Assembly (NCBI GenBank): GCA_039589315.1
Contig: JBDHHQ010000013.1
Location: 32,001 to 96,000 of the forward strand
Direction: 5' to 3'
Source of the DNA: Gemmatimonadota bacterium
GTDB lineage: Bacteria; Gemmatimonadota; Gemmatimonadetes; Longimicrobiales; Gaopeijiaceae
DNA: 64,000 nucleotides
Numbering within the stretch: position 1 is the first letter of the stretch; every line of letters begins with the position of its first letter. Of the stretch, positions 37,412 through 47,259 are shown in pieces. Below the pieces are notes generated by a model, which made no database searches, had not been told where the DNA came from, and was given only the letters and a program-made list of their open reading frames with translations. The position numbers and the translations under genes are program-made.

Positions 37412-38290
37412 TCAGACCGGCAGCGCCCTCGGTCGCTCGCCGGACCAATCATAGAATCCCTTCCCGGTCTTCCGACCATAGCGACCCATTGCAACGACTC
37501 GCTTGAGGAGGGGAGGAGGAGCGTAGCGCTCCTCACGGTATTCGTCAAACATGATCTCCGAGATCTTGTACAACGTATCGATGCCCACGAAGTCGCAAAG
37601 CGTGAAAGGTCCCATGGGGTATCCGCACCCCAGGACCATCCCCGTATCGATATCCTCGATGCTCGCCACGCCCCGCTCCAACTGGCGAATCGCGTCGAGC
37701 ATGTAGGGCACGAGAAGCAGGTTCACGACGAAGCCCGAGTTGTCCTTCGCGGCGATGGGTGTCTTGCCCAGCGCCTGGGCGAACTCGAAGGCCCGGTCGA
37801 AGGTCTCGTCGCTCGTGGCGATGGTTCTGACTACCTCCACCAGCTTCATCACGGGCACCGGGTTGAAGAAGTGGAGACCCACGAACCGATCAGCGCGGGT
37901 GGTGGCAGCCGCCATGTCGGTGACGGTCAGCGAGCTCGTGTTGGACGCGAAGATGGTCCCCTCCCCGCACATCCCGTCCAGCGCGCCGAACAGCTCGCCC
38001 TTGGCCGCGAGGTCCTCCACGATGGCCTCGATGACAATGTCCCGATCCGACAGATCGGACACGTCGGTCGTGAATCGAATCCGCTGCCACGTCTCGTCAC
38101 GGTCTTGGGCTTCGAGCTTGCCCTTCGATACGGCCCTGTCCAGGGACTTGCCGATCCGGGCCTTGCCGGCTTCGAGGGCCGCGTCGTCGACCTCCCGGAC
38201 CACGACAGGGAACCCGCTCTTCGCCGCCACTTCGGCGATGCCGCTCCCCATCAGGCCACACCCTGCCACACCGACCTTGTCGATCTTCAA
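37412..38290 (-). CDS. hbd: 3-hydroxybutyryl-CoA dehydrogenase
   Basis: GCGLMGSGIA, ASNTSSL, GLHFFNPVP, GYPMGP. Confidence 0.93.
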   Translation of the reverse strand: MKIDKVGVAGCGLMGSGIAEVAAKSGFPVVVREVDDAALEAGKARIGKSLDRAVSKGKLEAQDRDETWQRIRFTTDVSDLSDRDIVIEAIVEDLAAKGELFGALDGMCGEGTIFASNTSSLTVTDMAAATTRADRFVGLHFFNPVPVMKLVEVVRTIATSDETFDRAFEFAQALGKTPIAAKDNSGFVVNLLLVPYMLDAIRQLERGVASIEDIDTGMVLGCGYPMGPFTLCDFVGIDTLYKISEIMFDEYREERYAPPPLLKRVVAMGRYGRKTGKGFYDWSGERPRALPV

Positions 38291-38314
38291 GGGTCACCTC
38301 CGTTGGATCTGCCC

Positions 38315-39151
38315 TCAATCATCGAAGCCCCGTAGATCCCGAGCCACTCCATGGAAGTGGCGCCGCACCCAGCGTCGCCAGGAGGGCGGGGGCGGTTCGA
38401 GGCTGTCTCCGGCCTCGAGCCGATCCAGGACTCCTTCTACTTCGTCCTGCACGTCCGCCAGGCGACCTCTGTGGGCGCGGCCCGTCGCCCAGGCGATGAC
38501 GGCCGCGAGAAGGCCCCCGCCCACGATCCCGGCCGCGATGCCGAGGCCAAGCGGGCCCACGGCGGCCACCGCCAGAGCCACCGCGGTACCAGCGGCCACC
38601 CCGGCAGCCCCACCCCCCAACAGGCCGCCTGCGAGGTGGTCGTTCCGGGTCCCCGGATCCACGTCGAACTGCACCAGCGTCGTCTCGTCGGTGACGACGT
38701 CGAGACGGATCTCCACATCCTTCGCGGACGCCACATAATGGCGCTTCGACGTGGCGCTCGCCGCCCTGGCGATCTGCGACGCCCAGTCCACGGCGGGCCG
38801 GTAGAGAAGGACCTCCGGACCTCGTCGCACAGGCTGGAGGAGCTGGCCCGCCACGAGGAACTCGTCCAGCTTCCGGGCGAGCTCCTCCGGCCGGCCCGGC
38901 ACGACGCGACCGGCCCGCACCGTTGCGGGACCGTAGAGTCGACCCACCAGGCCGGACACGGGCACCTGCGTCCGCAGCTCGACCAGGGCCTGGCGCACGT
39001 GCCGCTCGTGTAGCCCGACCTCACCGGCGATCCTCAAGACCTCCGACTCCGAGAGCGGCCTCTCGTCCACGTCCGACAGTCGCGCCAACTCGGTCGCCCG
39101 GCGGATGACCTCCTCGAATTCGCGCCGTGTCAGGCTCTTGCCGGGGTCCAT
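38315..39151 (-). CDS. Hypothetical membrane protein
   Basis: EEVIRRATEL..LSESEVLRIAGEVGL..VRQAL N-terminus; Gly/Ala-rich TM hairpin near C-terminus. Confidence 0.75.
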   Translation of the reverse strand: MDPGKSLTRREFEEVIRRATELARLSDVDERPLSESEVLRIAGEVGLHERHVRQALVELRTQVPVSGLVGRLYGPATVRAGRVVPGRPEELARKLDEFLVAGQLLQPVRRGPEVLLYRPAVDWASQIARAASATSKRHYVASAKDVEIRLDVVTDETTLVQFDVDPGTRNDHLAGGLLGGGAAGVAAGTAVALAVAAVGPLGLGIAAGIVGGGLLAAVIAWATGRAHRGRLADVQDEVEGVLDRLEAGDSLEPPPPSWRRWVRRHFHGVARDLRGFDD

Positions 39152-39179
39152 GGGGCAGCTCGAACGAACCTCGGCGGCC

Positions 39180-40385
39180 CTAGAAGGCCTCCACGACCAC
39201 GGCACCACCCTGACCGCCGCCGATGCAGGCGGAGCCCAGGCCGTATCGTCCTCCGCGACGGCGGAGCTCGTGGAGCAGGTGAATCGTGATCCGCGCCCCG
39301 GAGGCGGCCAGCGGGTGGGTGATGGCAATGGCGCCGCCATTCACGTTGGTCCTCTCCGGATCCAATCCGAGCTCCTTCTCCACGGCCTTGTACTGAGGAG
39401 CGAACGCCTCGTTGATCTCGACCAGATCCATGTCGTCCAGCGAAAGGGCCGCCCTGGCCAGCGCGGCCCGCGAGGCCGGGGCCGGTCCGATGCCCATCAC
39501 AGTCGGATCGACGCCCACGAACGACCAGGAGACGAGCCGCCCCAACGGCGTCAGGCCCCGGTCCTCTGCCCACCCGGCGCTGGCCAGCACGGCGCTGGCG
39601 GCACCGTCGCCGATGCCACTCGCGTTGCCGGCGGTCACCAGCCCGTCCTTCCGGAAGTAGGGCTGCAGAGACGCCAGGGCCTCCGGCGTGGTGTCGGGAC
39701 GCATGTGCTCGTCGGCCGCGAACTCGACATCGCCCTTACGTGTGCGGATTGTGATCGGCACGACCTCCTCGTCGAACAAGCCCCCGTCCCAGGCAGCCTT
39801 CGCACGACGCTGACTGTCGAGCGCCACCCGGTCGGCTTCTTCCCGAGTGACCTCGTATCGGTCGGCCAGCCCCTCGGCGGTCTGGGCCATGGTCAGATTG
39901 CAGCCGGTATCGAGCAGCGACTGCCAGAGAAGATCCTCGAAGTACTCGTTGGGTGCGCCCAGGCGCAGCTTGCCCCAGCGAGCGCCCCGAAGAACGTGGG
40001 GCGCCTGACTCATGGACTCGGTGCCTCCGGCCAGGACGACGTCCGCCTGACCCAGGAGGATCTCTTGTGCACCAGAGACGATAGCCTGAAAGCCGGATCC
40101 GCAGAGGCGGTTCAGGGTCAGGGCCGGGACCTCCTGAGGGACGCCGGCCCGAAGACCCACGTGACGAGCGAGGTAGATGGCGTCCGACGACGTCTGGAGC
40201 GCGTTGCCGTAGACGACGTGCTGGACGTCATCCGGGCGCACGCCTGCCGCCTCCATGGCCGCCTTTCCTGATACGACTGCGAGATCCGTGGCGCTGAAGT
40301 CCTTGAGGCTTCCACCAAAGCTACCGAAGCCGGTGCGCTTGCCGGACAGGATGACCACGTCCGTGCTCTGGCCCTGCGGTCCCAT
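39180..40385 (-). CDS. Acetyl-CoA C-acyltransferase (thiolase)
   Basis: NRLCGSG, EINEAFA, NGGAIAITHPLAASG, SACIGGGQG. Confidence 0.95.
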   Translation of the reverse strand: MGPQGQSTDVVILSGKRTGFGSFGGSLKDFSATDLAVVSGKAAMEAAGVRPDDVQHVVYGNALQTSSDAIYLARHVGLRAGVPQEVPALTLNRLCGSGFQAIVSGAQEILLGQADVVLAGGTESMSQAPHVLRGARWGKLRLGAPNEYFEDLLWQSLLDTGCNLTMAQTAEGLADRYEVTREEADRVALDSQRRAKAAWDGGLFDEEVVPITIRTRKGDVEFAADEHMRPDTTPEALASLQPYFRKDGLVTAGNASGIGDGAASAVLASAGWAEDRGLTPLGRLVSWSFVGVDPTVMGIGPAPASRAALARAALSLDDMDLVEINEAFAPQYKAVEKELGLDPERTNVNGGAIAITHPLAASGARITIHLLHELRRRGGRYGLGSACIGGGQGGAVVVEAF

Positions 40386-40691
40386 TGCGGCTCTCTTCCC
40401 CGAGTGTTGGCGCGGAGTCGGCGGACTGTTCTGGGGGATCCGTGGTGGGGCACCACGAACCGCGGCGCAGCGGTGGCGCCGGCCCATTCCAGACCCGCCA
40501 CGCTGGACCCTCGATGGTCGGCATCATGGCTACACCTGGCAGACCGTTCGGTTCACCACTTCGGGTCCGCGAATGCAACGACGACGGCCCCACGCTCCGG
40601 AGTCGGAGGTGGGGCCGTCCCATCGTCCGTGGGTTCGCCGCGGAGGCCGCGCGCGTCGCCACCTCCGGAGACAGTGCCGCAGAGAGTACGT

Positions 40692-41771
40692 CTACACGAA
40701 CTCCTCCGGCAGCGCATCCTGAAGGTACTGTTTGAACGTCTGCTTGTTGTTGGACCGCATGTAGGCTTCGGTGGCGTCGATGGCACCGGACATGAGGAAC
40801 TCCATGATGTGCTGGTCCAACAGCTGCATCCCGTCCTTCTTGCCCGTCTGGATGATCGAAGGGATCTGGTGGATCTTGCCCTCCCGCACGAGGTTCGCCA
40901 CCGCCGAGGTGCCGACCATGATCTCCATGGCGGCCACCCGGCCCGTGCCGCCCTTCCGCCGCAGCAACACCTGCGAGATGACGCCCTTCAGCGTATCCGC
41001 CAGCATGGCCCGGATCTGGTCTTGCTGGTCCGCGGGGAAGACGTCGATGATCCGGTCCACGGTCTTGGGCGACGAGTTGGTGTGCAGCGTGCCGAATACC
41101 AGGTGCCCCGTCTCGGCCGCGGTGATGCCCAGCTCTATGGTCTCCCGGTCGCGCATCTCGCCCACGAGGATCACGTCCGGGTCTTCGCGTAGCGCCGCTC
41201 TCAGCGCGTTGGCGAAGCTCCGAGTGTTGCTCCCCACCTCGCGCTGATTCACGAGGCACTTCTTGTTCTCGTGCGTGAACTCGATGGGGTCCTCGATCGT
41301 GAGAATGTGGTCGGAGCGCTGCTCGTTGATCAGGTCCACCATGGCCGCCTGGGTCGTGCTCTTGCCGGAACCGGTGGGACCCGTGACGAGCACCAGGCCC
41401 TTGGTCAGCATGCAGAACCTGCGAACGGCGTCCGGCAGGCCGAGCTGATCCGCCGTCAGGATCTTGGAGGGGATCGTGCGGAGCACCGCGGCGAGGCCCT
41501 TGCGCTGCCAGAAGACGTTGACCCGGAATCGGGCCACGTCCGGGATCTCGTAGGCGAAGTCGAAGTCCATCTGGTCGAGGAAGCGCATGCGCCAGTCCTC
41601 TTCCATGATCTCGTAGACCAGGGTCTCCATGTCCTTGGCGTTCAGCTCTCTGAACTTGACCCGTTGCATGTGGCCGTGGATTCGCATGACCGGCGGAGAG
41701 CCCGTGGACAAGTGGAGGTCCGAGCCCCCCTGCTCGACCAGCACTTTCAAGAATTGATCGATCTGCGGCAT
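40692..41771 (-). CDS. pilT: Type IV pilus retraction ATPase
   Basis: GSDLHL, GPTGSGKSTT, TIEDPIE, ALREDPDVILVGEMRD, AETGHLVFGTLHT. Confidence 0.95.
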   Translation of the reverse strand: MPQIDQFLKVLVEQGGSDLHLSTGSPPVMRIHGHMQRVKFRELNAKDMETLVYEIMEEDWRMRFLDQMDFDFAYEIPDVARFRVNVFWQRKGLAAVLRTIPSKILTADQLGLPDAVRRFCMLTKGLVLVTGPTGSGKSTTQAAMVDLINEQRSDHILTIEDPIEFTHENKKCLVNQREVGSNTRSFANALRAALREDPDVILVGEMRDRETIELGITAAETGHLVFGTLHTNSSPKTVDRIIDVFPADQQDQIRAMLADTLKGVISQVLLRRKGGTGRVAAMEIMVGTSAVANLVREGKIHQIPSIIQTGKKDGMQLLDQHIMEFLMSGAIDATEAYMRSNNKQTFKQYLQDALPEEFV

Positions 41772-41864
41772 GGTCCTCGCGTCGCGCGCGCCTGGTTACG
41801 GGTTTCGAGGATCGGGTGCTGCGGGCCGTGCTCCTCCGGGGGGGGGTGGAGGAGTCGGACCGTT

Positions 41865-43121
41865 TCAGCTCGACAGAGGGTGCAAGCTCCACTCCACCTG
41901 GCCGTCCGACGGCGACTGAACTCTCAGTTCCCAGCGGATGTCGGCTTCGGTCGATGGCACTCCGCCACCCTCCCAAAAGAGGAAGGTCACGGTCGCCACG
42001 TCGGCGGCCGCCCGCGCCCACTGCGCCGGAGGCCCGCTCAGGTCCACCGTGGCCACGTCGAAGTGGAAGCTTCGCAGAGCCCGCACCGCTGACGCCCTCG
42101 CCTCGGTCTCGCCGCTCACACGGATGGCGAACACGTCCTCGGGGACGGTCCGTTCACGGTCGGTGACGTGGACGCACCGCCAGGATGGCTCGAAGAGCAG
42201 AGCGGGCAGGTAGGGCAGCATCTCGCCGGCCAGCTGGGCCGGCTCGAAGGTCACGGCGAAGCGAGCCGCACCGGTCCGGGCCAGCAGGCGGATCTCGGAC
42301 ACGATGCCGGAGGTGGGGGGTGAGAACCGCTCGTAGAGCGCTGACCGCTCGTGGATCGGCCGAAACAGGTACTCGGTGCCTCCCGGCGATGACAGATAGC
42401 TCACCTGCACCGATGCCACCACGCCCTCTCGGGCCACGTGCGCGGGCCATGTGGCACTCCTGGGCCCGTTGGTCGGCCCCTCGGGAGTCGACGGCGTCAC
42501 GAACTCGGCCAGCTCCTTCTGCCACCGGCTGTTCAGGGCGATGCGCCGCACGGTCCCCCGTTCGTCGTACCAGCCATGAGCCCAAGCGCCGCGCGTCGAG
42601 ATCCCGAATGCCTTGGAGCCGGCATCCAGGGCGGCCGTGAGCACTTCGCCGAGAGACGAGACGGCCCGCTGTCCCTCCTCCGGCACGTCGTCTCGTCCGA
42701 ACACCTTCCGGATGAGCTCACGGATCTTCGCCGCGGGGGCCAGGGCCAGCTCGATCCGCCGGTCGGTCCGGGCCTCGAGCTGGTCCACGGCTTCCGTCTT
42801 GATGGGAGAGTCCACGATCACCGTGAGGGTGTCCGCGGTCTTCATGATGGGCAGCGTGAGGTGTGTGAGCGCCCACTCCGGAGAGACCAGGGATGCCGCC
42901 TCGGGGTCGATGGCCTCGGCCTCTGGGAATACGTAGGGGAGATCGAACTGGGCGGCCAGACCCCACTCCAGCTCCTCGGGCGTCACGTACCCCAGCGCGA
43001 GAAGGGCCTCGCCGAAGTAGCCGCCATGCTCGCCCTGGTACGCGAGGGCTCTGCCCACGTCTTCGTCGTCGATACGGCCGAAGCTCATGAGGATCTGCCC
43101 CAGGGTTCTGCGCTCACCCAT
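41865..43121 (-). CDS. MshEN/GspE-N domain protein with degenerate PilB-like ATPase region
   Basis: RTLGQILMSFGRI..ALAYQ..YFGEALLALGYV..LAAQFDLPYV; no Walker A. Confidence 0.75.
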   Translation of the reverse strand: MGERRTLGQILMSFGRIDDEDVGRALAYQGEHGGYFGEALLALGYVTPEELEWGLAAQFDLPYVFPEAEAIDPEAASLVSPEWALTHLTLPIMKTADTLTVIVDSPIKTEAVDQLEARTDRRIELALAPAAKIRELIRKVFGRDDVPEEGQRAVSSLGEVLTAALDAGSKAFGISTRGAWAHGWYDERGTVRRIALNSRWQKELAEFVTPSTPEGPTNGPRSATWPAHVAREGVVASVQVSYLSSPGGTEYLFRPIHERSALYERFSPPTSGIVSEIRLLARTGAARFAVTFEPAQLAGEMLPYLPALLFEPSWRCVHVTDRERTVPEDVFAIRVSGETEARASAVRALRSFHFDVATVDLSGPPAQWARAAADVATVTFLFWEGGGVPSTEADIRWELRVQSPSDGQVEWSLHPLSS

Positions 43122-43170
43122 TCTCGGTTCTCCCCCGTGTTGGTCGGCCGGCCCTTTTGTGGCCGACCTC

Positions 43171-44250
43171 TCAGGCCTTTGAGATCTCGCCGGCGATCCA
43201 CTCGCCGACGTCTTCGGTGCTTGCCCCGCCTCCCAGATCCGGCGTCGTGACCCCGGCGCGAATCGACGCGACAGCGGCCTCCTCTACCATCGCAGCAGCA
43301 TCGGCGTGCCCCAGATAATCCAACATGAGCGACACACAACGAATCGCCCCGATGGGGTTCGCACGTCCGGTACCCGCGATGTCCGGCGCGGAGCCATGAA
43401 CCGGTTCGAACAGGCCGTGCCGGCCCGGGTGCAGGCTCGCGGACGCAGCGAGTCCCAGCCCACCCGTCACCGCCGCCGCGAGGTCGCTGATGATGTCGCC
43501 GAACAGATTCGACGCGACGAGAACCGAGTATCGTTCCGGGCGACGCACCAGGTCCATGGCCATGGCGTCCACGTAGACCGCGTCCTGCTCGATGGACGGA
43601 TACGCCTCTCCCACCTGGGCGAAGACGCGGCGCCAGAGTGACCCGGCCGCGGGCATGGCATTGGCTTTGTCCACCAGCGTTACCCGGCTTCGCCGCTTGG
43701 CCGCCGCGTGCTCGAACGCCGCGCGCACGATTCGCTCGACGCCCTTCCTCGTGTTCACGTCCTCCTGGATCGCCACCTCGTCCGGGGAGCCCCGCTTGAA
43801 CACGCCCCCCATGTCGACATAGACGCCCTCGGTGTTCTCCCTGAACACCTCGAGATTGATGTTCCGGTCCGCAGCTCCCTTGAGCGGGGACAACGCCGGC
43901 ACGAGCAGGGTGCACGGCCTGTAGTTGATGTACAGGTCGAGGCGGAAGCGAAGCCCCAGCAGAATATCCCGTGCATGGACGTTGTCCGGGATCCGAGGGT
44001 CACCGAGCGCCCCCAGGAGGATCGCGTCGTGGTCCTCGCTTACGCAGCGGAACTCTTCCTCGGTGATGGTCACGCCTTCGCGCAGATACCGATCGGCGCC
44101 CAGGTCCCACTCGACGGTGTCGATGGCCAGCGCGCACCTCTCGGCTGCCCGTTTCAGGACCCGGGTCGCCTCTCTGGTGACCTCGCGCCCGATTCCGTCC
44201 CCGCCGATGACGGCGATCCGGTCGGATCTACCTGACGAAGATGATCCCAC
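43171..44250 (-). CDS. 3-isopropylmalate/tartrate dehydrogenase family decarboxylating dehydrogenase
   Basis: GDGIGREV, RENTEG, DKAN, NLFGDIISD, FEPVHGSAPDIAG. Confidence 0.92.
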   Translation of the reverse strand: MGSSSSGRSDRIAVIGGDGIGREVTREATRVLKRAAERCALAIDTVEWDLGADRYLREGVTITEEEFRCVSEDHDAILLGALGDPRIPDNVHARDILLGLRFRLDLYINYRPCTLLVPALSPLKGAADRNINLEVFRENTEGVYVDMGGVFKRGSPDEVAIQEDVNTRKGVERIVRAAFEHAAAKRRSRVTLVDKANAMPAAGSLWRRVFAQVGEAYPSIEQDAVYVDAMAMDLVRRPERYSVLVASNLFGDIISDLAAAVTGGLGLAASASLHPGRHGLFEPVHGSAPDIAGTGRANPIGAIRCVSLMLDYLGHADAAAMVEEAAVASIRAGVTTPDLGGGASTEDVGEWIAGEISKA

Positions 44251-44683
44251 CCGTTGCTTCTCCGTGACCGCTGCTCAGGAATGGATATCGACCCGGCGGC
44301 GCGTTTTCGAAAGTCAGAACGAATCGGCTTCCGAGCCCCAGTAGTGGGGGACTTGCCCCCTGCCCGGTCGTCTCGATGAAGGCTGCCTCCGGCGGGGCGA
44401 GGCTGTCCGCCGGGAACCGGATCGTATGAACGCGTCGATCCACCGTGACGAACTGGACGACCTCACCGACACTGATCTCGAGGCTCGGCGGAACGATGTG
44501 CTCTTCGGAGCCGCGACCGCCCAGCGAGATCGTGTGAACCAGCTCGTCTCCCTGGAGTCCGAGGGCTTCGACGAGGCGAGGGTCGACGTGGCGCTCGGGC
44601 TCCTGTTGGCAGCCGGCCGGCAAGAGGACGAGTGCGAGGGTCAGGGACAGCGAACGGGGCCGGAACCGGAGGCTCGTGCCCAC
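44228..44683 (-). CDS. Cupredoxin-fold lipoprotein lacking the type-1 copper Cys
   Basis: Lipobox PAGC; P..LEISVGEVVQF, VHTIRF, PGRYPFLSSGH..GIIFV. Confidence 0.7.
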   Translation of the reverse strand: MGTSLRFRPRSLSLTLALVLLPAGCQQEPERHVDPRLVEALGLQGDELVHTISLGGRGSEEHIVPPSLEISVGEVVQFVTVDRRVHTIRFPADSLAPPEAAFIETTGQGASPPLLGLGSRFVLTFENAPPGRYPFLSSGHGEATGGIIFVR

Positions 44684-44751
44684 GCGTTTCCTTCTCCCGG
44701 AGCGGGGCGCGGTCGGGCCGCGCGAGGAGCGGCCGGGAGGGATCGGCGGGC

Positions 44752-45573
44752 TCAGCTCGAAGTGACCTCCGTACCGCACGCCACGCAGAACCGCCACGAG
44801 GGCTCCAGCGCCTCGCCGCACGCGGGACACGGCACCAGCCGGACGTCTCCACCGCAGTGGGGACAGTAGCTCATCCCGGGGCGCTCCGGGAGAAGCTCGC
44901 CACACCAGTTGCACGCTCCTCCCGATCCACCCGGTCCTTCGTCCGGCACGTGCGCCGTCCCAGGCTCGCCGCCGGTAGATCCGGATGGGGAGGCGTCGAT
45001 GGCCCAGATCCGGTTGCCCCTGTCGGCCACGGCAGCGTCGGACGATGCGGCCTCGGGACCGGCGGCTCCGGCGTCGTCCTCCGCCACCCCCCCCTCCGTC
45101 ACGGCTTCGTCACCCTCCACGTCGGCCGCCTCCAACGCCGCCGTGGCTTCGTCGCGACCGTGTCCGGACGCCGGTTCATCCTGGCCGAGGGAGGCGCCGG
45201 TCGCCTGATCACCCAGGTCGGGTCCCACCGAGTCCCGGACCGCCGGGTTGAGCCGCACGTCGACGGCGGCGAACTCCCGGTAGAGCGAGGGGTCGGGGTT
45301 CGAGGACTCGAGCTCCTTGCGGAGCTCGCGGCGGGCTGGCTCGGAGTCCAGGACGAGGTAGTTCCCCTCCCCCGCCAGGAGCCTCAAGAGGGCGTCCTCG
45401 TAATCTCCGTTCATCGTTACGCCGATGACGTTGCGATGCGTGCGGTAAGGGACGAGGTCCTGGTAGATCTCGGCGACCGTGAACGAATGGTCCAGATACT
45501 CGGGGCGCGAGCGGCGAATCTCGTCGACGAGAGCCCTGTGGAAGCGGGCGAGCAGCTCAGGGTCCAGGGGCAT
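44752..45573 (-). CDS. Double zinc-ribbon domain protein
   Basis: CNWC..CPHC..CPAC..CVAC at C-terminus; globular N-terminus TVAEIYQDLVPYR. Confidence 0.85.
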   Translation of the reverse strand: MPLDPELLARFHRALVDEIRRSRPEYLDHSFTVAEIYQDLVPYRTHRNVIGVTMNGDYEDALLRLLAGEGNYLVLDSEPARRELRKELESSNPDPSLYREFAAVDVRLNPAVRDSVGPDLGDQATGASLGQDEPASGHGRDEATAALEAADVEGDEAVTEGGVAEDDAGAAGPEAASSDAAVADRGNRIWAIDASPSGSTGGEPGTAHVPDEGPGGSGGACNWCGELLPERPGMSYCPHCGGDVRLVPCPACGEALEPSWRFCVACGTEVTSS

Positions 45574-45584
45574 CGCGCCGCGTC

Positions 45585-46685
45585 TCAGGACGGATCGTCT
45601 TCGAGCATGAGCATGCCCACGCGGATCGCAGCGCCGAGGAAGCTCTCCGGATCGTTGAACGGCACCTCCACGCCGAATTGATCGTGCCAGCGCTCCGCCA
45701 TCCGGCGCATGTAGTGGGTGATGGTCTCGTGCGAGAAGCCCGCCTGATCCCGCATCTGGCGAACGATCTCGTGCCAGGTGCCCTGGTACACGCGCCCGTC
45801 CTGCTGCCGGACCCGGTGCTGCTGGCCATCGCGCCCACCCCGCTCGAACAGCTCGAGCTGGCTCGGGTCTTCGATGTCCAGAGAGGTCCCCCGGGCCCGT
45901 GCCTCCACCTCGGCCAGGACTCGGTCGATGGGGTCGTCGAACTCCTCGAGCTCGGCGAGTCGGCTCTCCCAGGGGACCAGCCGCGGATCTCCGGTCTCCA
46001 ACTGCCAAAGAGCCCGCTTGAGCTCGATGAGCCGCCACACCGCCAGGGCGTCCCAGTGCTCCGCCGGCGGCACCCCTTCGAACTCGCGGAGAGCGCCCTC
46101 CCAGTCTCCTCGGTCGTAGAGGAGATGTCCGAGGTATACGCGCGCCTCGTGGAGCTCCGGATCCAGACGCAGGGCGCGGCGGATCTGCCGGCCGGCCCCC
46201 ACCTCGTCGCCGAGACGATGGAGGGCGTACCCCAGGGCAGCGGCCGCCTCGGCGTTGCCGGGCCGGGCGGCCGAAGCCTTGGCGAAGACGTCCCGGCACT
46301 CGGCGTACATGGCCTCGCGGTAGAGTGCCCGACCGATGGTGAGCATGAGCTCGACGTCATCGTCGTAGCCCAGGTCGGCCACCCGCCGGAAGAGGCGGAG
46401 CGCCACCTCCCGCTCGCCGAAGCGCAGAAGCGTCTCACCCAGGCCCACGAGGGCGTCTTCATGGGCCGGATCCAGGACGACCGCTCGATCGAAGGCCTGG
46501 CGCGCCCAGGCGAACTCCTCGCGGGCCAATCGGGCGTAGCCGAGTCCTACGTAGAGCTCCACCGCGTTCGGATACAGCGAAAGGCCCTCTTTCAACATCT
46601 CGAGGGCCCCTTCGTAATCACCGTCGTTGTAGAGCTTGTGCGCTCGCTCGTCGTATTCCTCTGAACTGAGGAACGGATCCGGCAT
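45585..46685 (-). CDS. Tetratricopeptide repeat protein
   Basis: Repeated TPR helices (DPAHEDALVGLG, DPELHEARVYLG). Confidence 0.88.
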   Translation of the reverse strand: MPDPFLSSEEYDERAHKLYNDGDYEGALEMLKEGLSLYPNAVELYVGLGYARLAREEFAWARQAFDRAVVLDPAHEDALVGLGETLLRFGEREVALRLFRRVADLGYDDDVELMLTIGRALYREAMYAECRDVFAKASAARPGNAEAAAALGYALHRLGDEVGAGRQIRRALRLDPELHEARVYLGHLLYDRGDWEGALREFEGVPPAEHWDALAVWRLIELKRALWQLETGDPRLVPWESRLAELEEFDDPIDRVLAEVEARARGTSLDIEDPSQLELFERGGRDGQQHRVRQQDGRVYQGTWHEIVRQMRDQAGFSHETITHYMRRMAERWHDQFGVEVPFNDPESFLGAAIRVGMLMLEDDPS

Positions 46686-46881
46686 TTACGACAACTCCAG
46701 GGCAAGGAGTCCCGGGCATCCGGGCGTTCTCCGACCGTCGTACGACCGCAATCTAACGGCAGCCGATGCCGGGTACCAGATTCGGATGAGACACCGCGCC
46801 GCGGGTGCGGCACCCCCGGGATGTAGCGCTGGGACGTCGTGTCGCTGGGCTCCCGTTCCGCCGCCCCGTCCCTGGTGTGGA

Positions 46882-47259
46882 CTAGAGGGCCCTACCGAAC
46901 GTCACTCCGCAGGCGGGGCATACCAGCGTGGGCCCGACGCGAGTCAGGCGCCGGCTCTCCCCGTGGCGGGGGCAGGTGGGATCGATACCCTCGAGAAGGC
47001 TCTGCTTCACTTTGGTCTTTTCGGTACGCGTCGCCTTCTTGATGGGCAACTCGTAGCGCAACGACGACGAGTTGCATTCGAGAATGAGCTTCGCAGATCC
47101 GTCCCCCACGCGCTGCACCCGCAGTACCTCCAGGACGCCACCCACGGGAGATCCCATTCTGCTTCCCGCGTAGTAGGCTTTGAGGGTCGCCTTCGGATCG
47201 GGAAGGGCGAGCCCCCCCGTGGCCTCTGACGGTACGCTGTTTCTCGACGCTCTGGTCAT
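46882..47259 (-). CDS. Hypothetical protein with C-terminal zinc ribbon
   Basis: CPRH...CPAC; TATACT -10-like element upstream at 47393-47388. Confidence 0.65.
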   Translation of the reverse strand: MTRASRNSVPSEATGGLALPDPKATLKAYYAGSRMGSPVGGVLEVLRVQRVGDGSAKLILECNSSSLRYELPIKKATRTEKTKVKQSLLEGIDPTCPRHGESRRLTRVGPTLVCPACGVTFGRAL

